64,000 bases of DNA from Blastocladiella emersonii ATCC 22665 (taxonomy: Eukaryota; Fungi; Blastocladiomycota): contig JANHCV010000004.1 in NCBI GenBank assembly GCA_025594325.1, positions 434,001-498,000 of the forward strand, given 5' to 3'. The position numbers and the translations under genes were made by a program. The notes under the pieces are model-generated. The model did no database searches, was not told the origin of the DNA, and saw only the letters and a list, made by a program, of their open reading frames with translations. Position 1 is the stretch's first letter, and each line of letters opens with the position of its first letter. This document shows, one piece after another, positions 33,974 to 45,122 of the stretch.

Positions 33974-35116
33974 CTACCCTGCACCGCCAATCGTGTCCGG
34001 CACGCCCCTCGCCCTCGCCCACCCGTCGAGCACCTTGACACACGCGTCGACGAGTTTGCGGTACACCTCGGGCCGCTTTTCCGGGTCGAGCGCGGTCTCC
34101 GCGGCCTCAAGCGCGCGCTCGCCCGCGCTCGCCTTCCCCGCCTCGACGTACACCATCATGGGCTCAGCCTCGTCGGCGTGCCAGTCGTCAGGCAAAAACC
34201 GTTTCGGCGGGACGTAGACGGCGGTCTCGGGGTCGCCGCCCATGACGCGCGTCGCGACATTGACGACGTTGACGCCGCGCGCGCGCAGGGCGTCGATGCG
34301 GGCGACGCGCGAGTCGAACGGCTCGACGAGGACCGGGTGCAGGAACTTGAGCCGCGCGTGCCACCGCGTGTCGAGGCCAGCCATCTCCGCCAACCCCGCG
34401 GTGACGCCCATGGCGGCGCGCGTGACCGCCCCCACCACGGCGCGGGACACGAACGCGAGCGGTTTCGCGTCAACGAACTTCCGCCGCGCCGAGCTCGCGC
34501 GCGGCTTGCTCGGGAGCGCGAGCTGGCCCGAGTACGCGAGCAAGGCCGCGTGCGCGGCGGCGCCGTGCAGGCCGCTCGGGTACAGGAAGAAGGGCGCGTT
34601 GAGCGCGAGCACGCCGTCGACGAGCACGCGGTCGGCCCACGCCGCGACACTGGCGTCGCCGCGCCGCGCGTCGCAGTACGCGAAGAAGGTGCGCGCGGCT
34701 TCCGCGGCCACGAGCCCGCCGACGTCGTGCCCGACAAACACGATGCGGAGCGTGCCGGCGGACTCGAGCGCGAGGGAGCGGACGCGCGCGACGACGTGCC
34801 GCGCGGCGTCGGCGATCGAAGAGGTAGTCCAGTCGGCGACGAGGACGCGGTCGTACGACGCGGCGAAGCCGCGCACCGGGTCGAACTGCGTGTCCTCGAG
34901 GGCCTGGGTGAAGGCGGCAAAGGCGGCGCGCGCGGCCGGGTCGAGCGAGCCGACGCACACCATGGAGCACGCGTCGTGCTCGATCGGCAGGTGCGGCAGG
35001 TGCGCAATGTCGGTGGCGAACGACTGGAAGCTCGCGGCGGGCGAGTCGGCGAGGTTGAGCAGCGAGAAGCGCTGGTCGGGCGACACCGGCGTGGTTTGGT
35101 GGTCGTGATCATTCAT
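33974..35116 (-). CDS. Alpha/beta-hydrolase-fold protein (DUF676/PGAP1-like) with Asp at the nucleophile position
   Basis: IVFVGHDVGGLVAAEAA elbow, followed by VDGVLALNAPF and ARLKFLHPVL. First ATG is at 35116; intronless ORF with coding codon bias. Confidence 0.6.
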   Translation of the reverse strand: MNDHDHQTTPVSPDQRFSLLNLADSPAASFQSFATDIAHLPHLPIEHDACSMVCVGSLDPAARAAFAAFTQALEDTQFDPVRGFAASYDRVLVADWTTSSIADAARHVVARVRSLALESAGTLRIVFVGHDVGGLVAAEAARTFFAYCDARRGDASVAAWADRVLVDGVLALNAPFFLYPSGLHGAAAHAALLAYSGQLALPSKPRASSARRKFVDAKPLAFVSRAVVGAVTRAAMGVTAGLAEMAGLDTRWHARLKFLHPVLVEPFDSRVARIDALRARGVNVVNVATRVMGGDPETAVYVPPKRFLPDDWHADEAEPMMVYVEAGKASAGERALEAAETALDPEKRPEVYRKLVDACVKVLDGWARARGVPDTIGGAG

Positions 35117-35365
35117 TCTAGTGTAGTCTGTTGCATCGAGTCGTCTAGTCACCGATCCATGGGTTCATGTAGTGATGGTTCCTGCGAGAGAGGGAGGAGA
35201 TCGGTTGACGAGGAGAGGTCTGCACCCAGCTTGCACCGCAGCACAGCGAACCTGACAGCGAACCGCAGTCCAGAAAGAAGGGAGAAGGCGAACATTCGAG
35301 CAACCGTGTGATACACGTTTATTATTACCTACCCCCCATCCACCGCTGAGCCACCCTCCACTCAC

Positions 35366-38300
35366 TCACGACCCCGACCCAGATCCCGGCACCCGCGCCG
35401 TGGCCGCGGCCGCGGGGTCGCGCTGGAACCGGTGGACGACCTGGACGAGCGTCCACGCGAGCCGGTTCTCGCCGGGCGGCCGGGCGAACGCCTCGGTCTT
35501 GAGCTCGTTGAGGATCTGCGGCACCGTGGGGCCGGCGAGCTGGCCGTTGCTACCACCGGCGGCAGCGAGCGCGGCCGCGTCGGCGGGTGTCGGCTTCGGC
35601 CCGCCCACGTTCCCCGACGCACCACCACTACCTCCGCCGCCACCCGCGCCCGAGGACCCGTCCGCGAGCTGCGCGAGAAGCGTCGACGGGTCGAGCATGC
35701 CTGCGTCGAGCGAGGACGCGGCGGAGCCAGGGGCTCCAATCCCGCCGGCGCCCGTCCCCGCGATGCCCGCGGCGGTACCCGGATCCACGCCGTCGACATC
35801 ATCGTGGGCGCGCCCGTCCACCCCGATGCCCGACGACGCCTCCCACGGCGAGACCACGTTGGCGTCCCACGCGTACACGAGCGGGACGAGGTACGTGCTG
35901 CCGCCGTCCCCGGCGTTGGGGAACGCGACCGTGAACATGAGCGATGCCGCGGCCGCTGCGCCGGGGGCGGTGGCGCCCGAGACAACGACAGCCGAGCGCG
36001 GGAACGGCGGGAGCGCGTTCGCGACGCTAGCGGGAACACGCGCGGGTCTGGGCGCGAGGAGGAGGAACTGGACGACCGCGTGCTGGAACAGCGCGTGCGG
36101 GCACTGCGCGAGGGCGCGGAGCACGCGCCAGGGCAGCTCCATGACCTTGATCACCGCGTACGTGAGCCGCGGGACCAGGACCGCGCCGTAGTCGTCGGCA
36201 TCCCCCGATCCTGCGACGGCGTGCGACTCGGCGACAGCCGACGCGCCCGCGGCCGTGAGCAGGTTGGCGAAGGTGCTGCGCTCCGCGGCGGACCACTCGC
36301 CGTAGTGGTGCGCGGCGCCGGGCCCGGGTCCGTGCCGCGGGGACGTCGGCGGGTCGGCCGCGTTCGGCGCAACGATCGTCGCGACAACCCCGCGCGCGCG
36401 GTCGATCCGGATCGCAAGCCCGGCCCACTGCAGGTGCACGGCGCCGGCCTCGACGCGCGCGCCGCGGGGTTCCTGCAGGGCGCCCGGCCGCATCGGCGGC
36501 GCCGCGGAGGCGGAGGAGGTCGGCGGCGGCTGCGTCGCGGCGGGGAACCGGCGCACGAGCATCGCGTGCGCGTCGATCAGGTCGCGCTGCTCGCGGAGCT
36601 GTGCGTCGAGCGCCGCCATGAGCACGTCGACGGCTGCGGCGCTGACGAGGAGCGTCGCCGGGTGCAGCTCAACGACCTTGACGCTGCCGTCAACCCTCGC
36701 CTCGCGCACCGCGCGCGCGAGCGCCGAAACCACGTGCCACGCGGTGGCCGTCACCGCGACCGCGTCCTCGGCGGGGAGGTACCGCAAGTGCACCGCGGCG
36801 GACGCCGCGAGCCATACAGACGCGTGTGTAAGGGACTTCGCGACGAGCCGCGGGTACCCAGCGCCGGCGGGGCCCGGCAGCGCCGAGGGTGCGGGGCTCG
36901 CGGCCCAGCTGCGGACATGGTGCGCGACCGTCGCCCACACGTCGGCGGCCGATAGGACGAGGGCGAGGCGGAGGTCCGACGCGGGCGCCGACTCGAGGTA
37001 CGCGTGGGCGAGCGACGCGACCGCGGGGCACGCGGACCCGTCGGCGTGGTCGACGGACACGGCGAACCGCGGGACGGGCCACGCGGGTCGTTTCGCGGCG
37101 GGCGGGACCGCCAGGCTCGCGGTGCTCGCGCGCCGCTTGGAGCCGGTCGCGGGCCGTGATGCCGCCGGCTTGGGTTCGGCGGGTTTCCGCGCCGCTGCCG
37201 CGGCCTCGTCGGTGGGGTCCGGGACTGCGGGCGCAACGCCCGTGACAGTCATACTCGCGCCGCCGGCGAGCTCGAACACGACGCGTGCGGCCGCGAGGTC
37301 AGCCGACACAACATCCTCGGGGTCGGCCTGCGCGAGCAGCCGGATCGCGGCGAACGCGGCGACGGTATGCTCGACCGCGGCCGTCGCGGACGAGCACGGG
37401 ATCTCGAGCGCGGTCGCGGAGAGGCCGGGGAGCAGGACGCGGGTGCGGATGGCGACCTGGAGGGGGAACCGCTCGACGCCCGTGGGCTCGATGGTGACGC
37501 TCTCGACGGTCGACAGGACCGCGGACCCGGGCGGGAAGCTGGTGAGGTCGACGGCGAGACACAGGCCGTGCCACTCGGTGCGGATGCGGTGCGCGCGGAG
37601 AGGTGGCTGGATCCGGTGCAGGAACGTGTACTGGCTGTGCGGGGGAGCGAGGGGTTGAGTGAGGCGGTTGAAGGAGGAGCGGGGATGGAGGTAAGCGTAC
37701 CGAAACGTCTCGACAATGTCGTCGAGGGTCGGCTGGTACTCCTTGATGACGACGCGGCCGGGCCTAAAGCGGAGATCGCGCGTCAGTCACGTCCAAAAAC
37801 CAGACTCACGGAGAGCGTACCAGTCGAGCACCCAGCACGTCAGCTTGGTCGCAACAACATTGATCGCGAGCCGGTACGCGGGGTCGTGCGGGAGCTGGAG
37901 GACGCGGAGGAACCGGTCGTCGCCGAGCGCCTTGAAGTTCGCGCCGGACGCGAGATCGACGAGGGGTTGCGGCGGCGGTCCACCGCCACTCCTACTACTC
38001 CCACCCTGCTGCTGCCCCGCAGCAGCCTTCCCGAGCATAAGCGGCGCGACGTCAGCGCGCTCGAACCCGAGGAACGTGAGCGAGGCCTCGACCTGGTCGA
38101 GCAGCTGGACCGTGGCGAGGCACGCGAGCCCCTCGGCGAGCTGTACGGGGTCCTTGTTGAGGATCGACCGCACGTTGTCGAGCTTGTCGTGGAACCGGTC
38201 GAGCGGGACCACGTGAAACAGGCCCGAGTTGCGGTGCACCGACAGCGCCAGCGCGTAGTGCGGCAGGTACAGGGACCCGCCCGACACGTACGGCGGCCGC

Positions 38301-40349
38301 TCGTCGCTCGACACCACGCTCGCGGCGATGGGGGCCGCTGGTGGCGAGCCCGGTGCGGGTATTGGTGGTGGTGGTGGCACGGCGGGCGCGACGGCGGACG
38401 TGGACGATGGCGGCGCCGGCAGCAGCGCCTTGACGGCGGCGGCGGGCCGTTTCCGCAGGAGCGCGGGCCCGGAGGGCGGGAGCGAGAGGTCGGGCGACCC
38501 GACGAGCGCGGCGAGGGCGCGGTGGATGAGCCCGATATGGACGTCCATGCACGCGGCGAGGATCTTATCGAGCGGGAGCCCGGCGGGCACGGGTTCCTCG
38601 CGGTCGCAGTAGATGAGGACGAGCTCGGACGCGACGGACGTGGCCTCGACCATGACGGGCTCGACGGGCAAGCTGACGCGGGCGGGGACGGGCGCCGGGT
38701 CGGGCGGCGGGGCGAGGAGCGGGTGGTGCGACACGTTGACGAGCTCGCGGCGCGGTTCCTCGCGCAGGACGATCTGGACGCGGCCCGGGTTGCACGACTT
38801 GGACCAGTACCGGACGTCGAGGCGCGACTCGGCCTGGTGCAGGACGGCCGAGTCGACGCCCGACGTGGCGGTCGCGCTGCGCAGGACCTCGGCCTCGAGC
38901 GTCATTTTCTCGAGGCGCAGCAGCAGGACAAAGTGGTGGTAGAAGCTGTACAGCTCGAGCAGCGGGAACCGGAGCGCGGACGCGAGGTCGACGGCGGGCG
39001 CGGCGCTGCTGCCACCACTGGCGGGACCCGCCGCGGCAGACGCGATGGCGGCGGCGTGCTGGGCGAGCGACGCGGCGGCGGCCTGCAGCTTGCTGTTGCC
39101 CAAGCTCATGAGGTGCATGGTCTGGTGGTGGAGCAGCGAGAGCGTCGGGTCCAATATCCGGAAGTCGAGCAGGTGCCAGTGCCCCGCGGGGTCGGGCCCG
39201 CCGGGGAGGATGAGGGTGACGGCAAACTCGTCGGGGACGACAAAGGTGACCTGGCCGTTGGCGATGTGGTAGTTTCTGCGGAACGGGTCGGGGACGGCGC
39301 ACTCCTGGGTGAGGAGGCGGGTGCGGATGACGGCGTCGAGGGTGGCGAGCAGGTTTGCCGCGTCGTCGTCGGCGAGCGGCTCGGGCCCGCGGATCGCGGC
39401 GATGGAGCGCGGCAGGCCGCGGTAGGTGCCGGCGGTCAGCACGCTGATGGCGGTCGGCACGTCGGCGTTGTGCCTGCGGGCGGCGGCCATGCGCTCCGTG
39501 AACTGGAACAGCTGCGCCGACACGGCGTCAAAGGCGGCGTCGTCGGTCTGCAGCATGGCCACGATGCTCTGGGCGCACACGTACGCGGACGAGTGGCGCG
39601 CCCACTGCATGACGATGGCCAGCTTGGCGAGCACGGCGCGCGCCTGGCGCACGTAGCTCAGCAGCTCGCGCTTCTGCGGGTCCGAGTCCATGTGGCGCGA
39701 TTGTCTGGAGGTTCGGTGGGAGCGAGAGTTAGCGAGATCAGAGCGATCCGTCCAGGAGGAGAGCAGCGTACGCGAGGACCAGCTCGTTGAGCTGCTTCAT
39801 GACCGTGTAGGTGACGCGGCGGACGACGGCGGCGAGCGGGACCATGACGCCGTAGTGCGGGTCGAGGCGGCGGTGCGGGTCGTAGTGGTCGAGCCCGCGG
39901 ACCGGCGTGCGCCGCGGGTCTGCTGCTGCCGCCGCCTCAGGCGGATCCGCATCTCCTGGTGGCGCAGCGGGATCGGGCAGCGGGTGGTGCCTTGGACTGG
40001 CGGCGGCATCAGGCCCATCGGCGTCCGGGTACGCGGCAGCAGGGTGGCGGTGGTGCCTTGGCAGCGCGTCGACGGGCAGCCCGCCGTGCTTGGCGTGCAT
40101 CGGGTGATGGTGGTGATGCGGGTGCTGGTGGTGCGGGTGGTGGTGCATGATCGGGGCCGGTCGCACGCTGGCGTCCATGGCCGGGCTCGGGATGCCCTGT
40201 GGGGCGAGGGACGCGGGCGGCGGCGGCGGCGGCGCAGCAGCAGTGGCCGCAGCAGCAGCTCGCGGCGGGCCAGTTGCGTGGCGCGCAGGAGCAGGCGGTG
40301 GTGGCGGCGAGCGGGCAGAGGTGCGGACCGACAGCGGGTTGGCTGCCAT
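35366..40349 (-). CDS. MED14: Mediator subunit 14 (Rgr1), ~1597 aa; exons 40349-39772, 39704-37821, 37763-37701, 37634-35366
   Basis: Med14 N-domain: VPLAAVVRRVTYTVMKQLNEL...DPQKRELLSYVRQARAVLAKLAIVMQWAR...DVPTAISVLTAGTY.GLP...IANGQVTFVVPDEF.VTL...WHLLDFRIL. Three GT-AG introns give an in-frame sum of 4794 nt. Confidence 0.88.
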
Positions 40350-40920
40350 GCGACGGCGGCGAGGTGTAGCGGCGGCGAGGTGTAGCGGCGACGAGACGCG
40401 TGTGTGTGCGAGATGGACAGGACCCGGCTGAGTGGCGCGGGTCCAGTAGACTCGGCGGCGGCGGGCGCGACGAGGGCCGGTCCGTCGGCGCGCTGATGAG
40501 CTCGCCCGGCAGCAGCGACTAGTGCAGGCGGGGCGGGCCGCGCAGGTCGGTCGGCCGTTGTGATCGCGCGAGGCGGAAAGTCAGAGGCGGGCCCGAGCAG
40601 CGACCGGGGCGGGCGGGGGCGGTCCGGCGGGCAGGTAGGGCGGGGCAGATGCGTTGCGGGGACTGTGTAGCGCGCGGCCGAGAGGATGGGCGAGTGCGGC
40701 CCGGTCGTCGGGCAGGCCAGACTGGGAGGAGGGAGAGAAGCGAAGAATAGGACCCGGCACAACACGTGCGCCGCCTGCCACGCGCACTGTCTCACGCGGC
40801 GCGCGACGCGTGGACGCGTGTGGCTGGCCGCGCGAGTCATGTCATTTCGCCGAGCGTCCCGCCGACCCGGTGATCGATTCCCGCCGTCCCCACGCAGCGC
40901 CACACGAGCTGCATGCAACA

Positions 40921-40926
40921 TATAAA
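40921..40926 (+). promoter_or_regulatory. TATA box upstream of DDAH
   Basis: TATAAA about 70 nt before the ATG at 40994. Confidence 0.5.
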
Positions 40927-40993
40927 GGAGGACCGCACCCCCTTCGTTCGCTCGCTCCCCAACGCCCTACATTTGCTACGCATCAACTCCACC

Positions 40994-41872
40994 ATGGCCG
41001 CCCTCCCGATCCCGCGCCCGCGCTACACCGCCGCCCTGACGCGCGCCCTCGCCCCCTCCTTTGCCAACGCCGTGTCCGAGCACCCGGACGGCGGCCGCAT
41101 CGGCGTGGCGCGCGCCGACGCCCAGCACGCCGCCTACAACGCCGCCGTGCGCCGCTTCGTCGGCCCCAAGGCCGTGACCGAGGTCGCGACCGACCCCGCG
41201 CACCCGGACTGCTGCTTTGTCGAGGACACGTGCGTCGCCGTCGGATCGGTCGCCGTGCTGACGCAGCCGGGCCACCCGAGCCGCCGCGGCGAGGTCGCGG
41301 GCATCCAGGCGGCGCTCGCGGCCGCTGCCGCGCCGGGCATCCAGCACGTCTACCAGATGCACGGCGACGCGCTGCTCGACGGCGGCGACGTGCTCTTCAC
41401 CGGCGCGCACCTGTTCATTGGCCTGTCGGCGCGCACCAACGAGGCGGGCGCCGCGTTCCTGTCGTCGCACGTCAACAAGCACTACCCGCACCGTCCCGCC
41501 GTCGTGCTCGACCTGCGCCCGCAGCCGACGCTGCACCTCAAGTGCGTCATCACCGCGCCCACCCACAACCTGCTCATTGTATCGGACGACGCGCCCGGCC
41601 ACTTCACCTACGACCTGATCCCGTCCGCCGTGCGCAACCAGTACGACGCCGTGTGGGTCCCCGACCAGGTCGCCGCCAACGTGCTCGCCTTCCCCGACGG
41701 CGACGGCGGCCTGCTCGGCGTCGTGATCCAGGCCGGCTTCCCGACGTCCGAGGCCATCCTCGAGGAGACCTTCGCCAAGCGGTTCCCGACCGCCGCGGTC
41801 CACAAGCTCGACATGTCCGAGTTCATCAAGGCCGACGGCGCGCTCACCTGCTGCTCGTTGCTCTTTGCGTGA
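40994..41872 (+). CDS. DDAH: Dimethylarginine dimethylaminohydrolase (amidinotransferase superfamily), 292 aa, intronless
   Basis: FVEDT, TQPGHPSRRGE, LLDGGDVLFTG..LFIGLSARTN..G, LHLK and DGALTCCSLL. The catalytic Asp/His/Cys motifs are intact. Confidence 0.92.
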   Translation: MAALPIPRPRYTAALTRALAPSFANAVSEHPDGGRIGVARADAQHAAYNAAVRRFVGPKAVTEVATDPAHPDCCFVEDTCVAVGSVAVLTQPGHPSRRGEVAGIQAALAAAAAPGIQHVYQMHGDALLDGGDVLFTGAHLFIGLSARTNEAGAAFLSSHVNKHYPHRPAVVLDLRPQPTLHLKCVITAPTHNLLIVSDDAPGHFTYDLIPSAVRNQYDAVWVPDQVAANVLAFPDGDGGLLGVVIQAGFPTSEAILEETFAKRFPTAAVHKLDMSEFIKADGALTCCSLLFA

Positions 41873-41916
41873 TTGCATGTGTATACAACAGATTTCTTCC
41901 ATCCACGACCGTCTGA

Positions 41917-42479
41917 CTACATGCACCCCGAGGAGTCCTCGGCCTCGGCCTTGAATCGCTTGGCGCACGGGAAGAACACGACCGCAAGGCACCCCTGCAC
42001 GATGGCGATCAGGAGCGCGGATTGCGAGCCCGGTGCGGCCAGCACGTACACCATGTCGATGGCCCGCATGACGGCGTTCATGTACGCAAACAGGGTAAAC
42101 CGCTGCGGCCGCCAATGCATGGTCGCGCCCAGCCCAAAAATGTCCACATAAGTGCACAAAATGTAGAATAGTGCGGCCGGGTCCACGTCCTCTGTCGGGT
42201 CCAACTCGGACTCGGAGCGCCGCGGAATCATCAAGCGAATGGTGTAGAGGTTGAGCAGCATGGTGGCGCCGACCAAGCTTTGGACGATATCGTGCATGTC
42301 GAGCGGGAAGCAGGACTTGAAGGTGCCCTCGTCGTCGTGCTCTCGTCGTCGTGCTCCTCCACGTTGGCCGCCGGCTTGGCGGTCGTCGCCTTGCCCTGCT
42401 CGGCCGCGAGCAGCTTGAAGTCGCCGACCTCAATGGTCGTCACGTTGTTCGTGGGGAGGAAGGAGGTCTCGACCGCCAT
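41917..42479 (-). pseudogene. LAPTM/DUF4728-like multi-TM paralog 1, frameshifted by a 14-bp tandem duplication (42329-42356)
   Basis: Removing one TCGTCGTCGTGCTC copy joins ORF 42231..42479 to ORF 41917..42297. The joined product (EEHDDEGTFKSCFPLD...RFTLFAY...APGS) aligns with paralog 2. Confidence 0.7.
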
Positions 42480-42767
42480 GATGATGAGGCTGACGCGCGC
42501 GAGAGCGTGGGCCCTGCTGGGATCTGTCCCGATTTGAGCTCGATTCAGCCTCTTGAGAATGCATGCAGCATCAAAAACGCAAGCCGCTTCGAAAGTTGGA
42601 CGCGTCGCTGCTCGGCTTCCAGGCGATCACGTCCCAGATCACGACGTTCAGACTCGCTTTCTCCCGCCAACAACTCCACGATCGTGCGTTGCGCTTTTCA
42701 AATTGCTACTATTCAATCCCATAAGGGCGCGCTGCGTCAAACACGATGACTTTTCAACACGCGCTGC

Positions 42768-43433
42768 TTACATCTCGGCCCATAGCCAGTTGCGGTACCG
42801 CCAGAGCACGACTGCGACGCCCACTTGCACAAGGACAACCACGACCGTGGGGAGCGAGCCTGGCTCGGTCAACACGTTCACCAAGTCGAGGACCCGTATC
42901 GTGGCGTGTTGACTCGCGGCGAGCGTAAAGTGGGTCGGGTTCCGCGTCATGGCCGCCCAGAGCCCCCACGCGCAGACGACCACGTCAAACACGTAGATCG
43001 TTGTCATCACGGCCAAAGAGTTGCGGCCGCCAATCGACGTGAAGAGGGAGATGATGTTCAGGAGCAGCGAGATGCCAAACAGGAATGCGACACCCGCGCG
43101 GATCTCGATGCAGCAGCAGCACTTGGACTTGACGTGCTCGTCCTCCTCGACGATCTTCTTGGCCGTGGTCTCGGTCGCCACCTCGCGCGTCGCCTTGGTG
43201 GTAGCTGCGGCGGCCGTGGCGTCGGCCGACGAGGCCGTGGCCGCCTCTGCCGTCTCGGTCGGGCTCTCGGCCACAGCAGCAGGAGCGGCGGCCGGCGTGG
43301 CGACAGCCGACTCGGCTGTCACCGTCGTAGCCGCGGGCGCTACAGTCGCCGTCGTCTCGACCGTCGCGGGAGCCGCCGCCGCAGGCTCCGACGCCGTCGT
43401 AGTGGTGGTGGTAGCGGTCGTCTCGGCGCTCAT
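42768..43433 (-). CDS. LAPTM/DUF4728-like multi-TM paralog 2 (221 aa, intact), with a Thr/Ala-rich N-tail
   Basis: KSKCCCCIEIRAGVAFLFG motif followed by about four hydrophobic segments. Start at ATG 43433. Confidence 0.7.
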   Translation of the reverse strand: MSAETTATTTTTTASEPAAAAPATVETTATVAPAATTVTAESAVATPAAAPAAVAESPTETAEAATASSADATAAAATTKATREVATETTAKKIVEEDEHVKSKCCCCIEIRAGVAFLFGISLLLNIISLFTSIGGRNSLAVMTTIYVFDVVVCAWGLWAAMTRNPTHFTLAASQHATIRVLDLVNVLTEPGSLPTVVVVLVQVGVAVVLWRYRNWLWAEM

Positions 43434-43507
43434 TGATTCGTTGATCCGTGTAAAGATGCTTCGTTGTTTTGGTCGAGAGAAGAGAGTTCCGGGGGGAGCG
43501 GCTACGC

Positions 43508-43825
43508 TGGACACTTTGCGCAATTCGGGCAGGGGGACTTGATTCGGGCCTCTCCCCGAATCTTGAAAGGCTGGGCGCGTCACATGACGCGCCGAACCGC
43601 AACGCAAGCGACCTGCCACGCCTCTCGACAAGCGCTGCACTCGCGACTCCCTGCAAAGCGAGGGCCGAACTTTCAGGCCGCGCTTCCGCGCGTCGGCCGC
43701 GTTCCGCGAGCGGCGAGAGGCGTGGCAGGTCGCGGCGGCGCCCACAAGCTGGCGACGGCGCAGGTCGCGTGGACGCGCCAGCCTTTCAAGATTCGGGGGG
43801 AGGCCCGAATTGCGCAACGTGTCCA
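43508..43825. mobile_element. MITE/foldback-like element (~320 bp) with ~55-bp terminal inverted arms and a nested 20-bp inverted repeat
   Basis: TGGACAC(T/G)TTGCGCAATTCGGGC...CCCCGAATCTTGAAAGGCTGG(G)CGCGTC reads at 43508-43581 and in reverse complement at 43771-43825. GCGACCTGCCACGCCTCTCG at 43608-43627 is the perfect reverse complement of 43714-43733. Confidence 0.65.
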
Positions 43826-43972
43826 TTTAGTCCCCCTGGCGCCAGACTGGCGCCCGTTGTCTCACGCGCCATCATCGCATCGATCACGCGTGTTCTCTCA
43901 CCCAATCTTCGAACGAATCCGGAGTTTCACACAACGAAGCACGTGTATTACAGCGGCGCAATGCGACGGGCT

Positions 43973-44689
43973 TCAAGCAGCGACCGCCTTTTCAGCGACC
44001 TTCTTTTCCTTCTCAAACTTGAGGACTTTGGCGTACTGGAGGTACACGTAAGCGAAGTAGCCGGGCAGGATGAAGAAGACCCCGATCAACAGCAGCAGCG
44101 GGCCCGTCATGAAGAACACGACGATGATCCCGAGGAGGACGAGCGCGACGTTGACCAAGGCGAACGCGGAGAACGAGCCCGCGTGGCGGTTGGCGGCGGC
44201 CCAGAGACCTCACGCCGAGAAGAGGATGTTGAGGCCGTTGAAGGTCATGCTGAGGACCGACGTGTCGTACTTGCCCATGCTCATGACCAGCGTGATGAAG
44301 TTCATAACGAAGCCGAGGCCCAGGAGGAACAGCACGCCCGCGCGGATCTCGACGCAGCAGCAGCAGCTCGACTTGATGTGCTCCTCCTCGTCGTCGACCG
44401 CCTTCTTGGCCGTGGTCGTGGTCTCGCTCGCCGACACCTCGCGCGTCCTCTCGGTGGTCGCAGTCGAGGTCGTGGCGGCCGTCGCCTCGGCAGCGGGAGC
44501 AGCCGCAGCCGTCTCGGCGGGGATCTCGACGACCGTGGCGCTCGACGTCGTGGTCGTCTTGGCCGTGGTGGTGGTGGTCGTCGTCGTCGTCGTCGCCGCG
44601 CCCGACTCGGACGTGGCGGTCGTCGATGTGACCTCGATCGTCGCGGCGGCGGCGGTCGGGGCAGCAGCAGTAGTAGTTTCGTTGGTCAT
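43973..44689 (-). pseudogene. LAPTM/DUF4728-like multi-TM paralog 3 with an in-frame TGA (44212-44210) at a Trp position
   Basis: KSSCCCCVEIRAGVLFLLG...LFSA*GLWAAANR versus paralog 2 VCAWGLWAAMTR. The frame continues open to 43973, and there is a TATAAA at 44750-44745. Confidence 0.7.
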
Positions 44690-45122
44690 CGTTGCGTGTT
44701 GGTCGGACGGAGAGCCTGCGCGATCTGCGGGGGCGGGCGCACACTTTATACTCGTCGTCGAGCCGGACTGAGGCAACGCCGCGCAAGCGCCCGCTCTCGC
44801 CTGCGAGTTTCATGCACGCGCGTGCATAGACTTGCGCCGAGCGATGGCGGCGCCATGGTGGGCCGCCACAAATTGCCGCCGCCACCGCGTGGGCGTGGGC
44901 GCCGCGTGGGCCAGCCAGTTATTCGACTCGTGGCCGCTGCGCCACGTTTCGCGCGAGGATTCGGGCCATGCGGATCAGCAGTTGGATCACACGCATTCGC
45001 GTCGCGCGTCGCGCGCGCTGCTCCGTCCGATGCCGTGGCCTGAGAATCTCATGCGCCGCTGCTTTTCTTCGAAGAAGACATGTTAAATAAGTCTTTCCAT
45101 GTTTCCCACCACCGTGGATCAA

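Noticed and set aside
44210-44212. Selenocysteine recoding of the in-frame UGA
   Set aside because: The aligned residue in the paralog is Trp, not Cys, and no SECIS was recognised.
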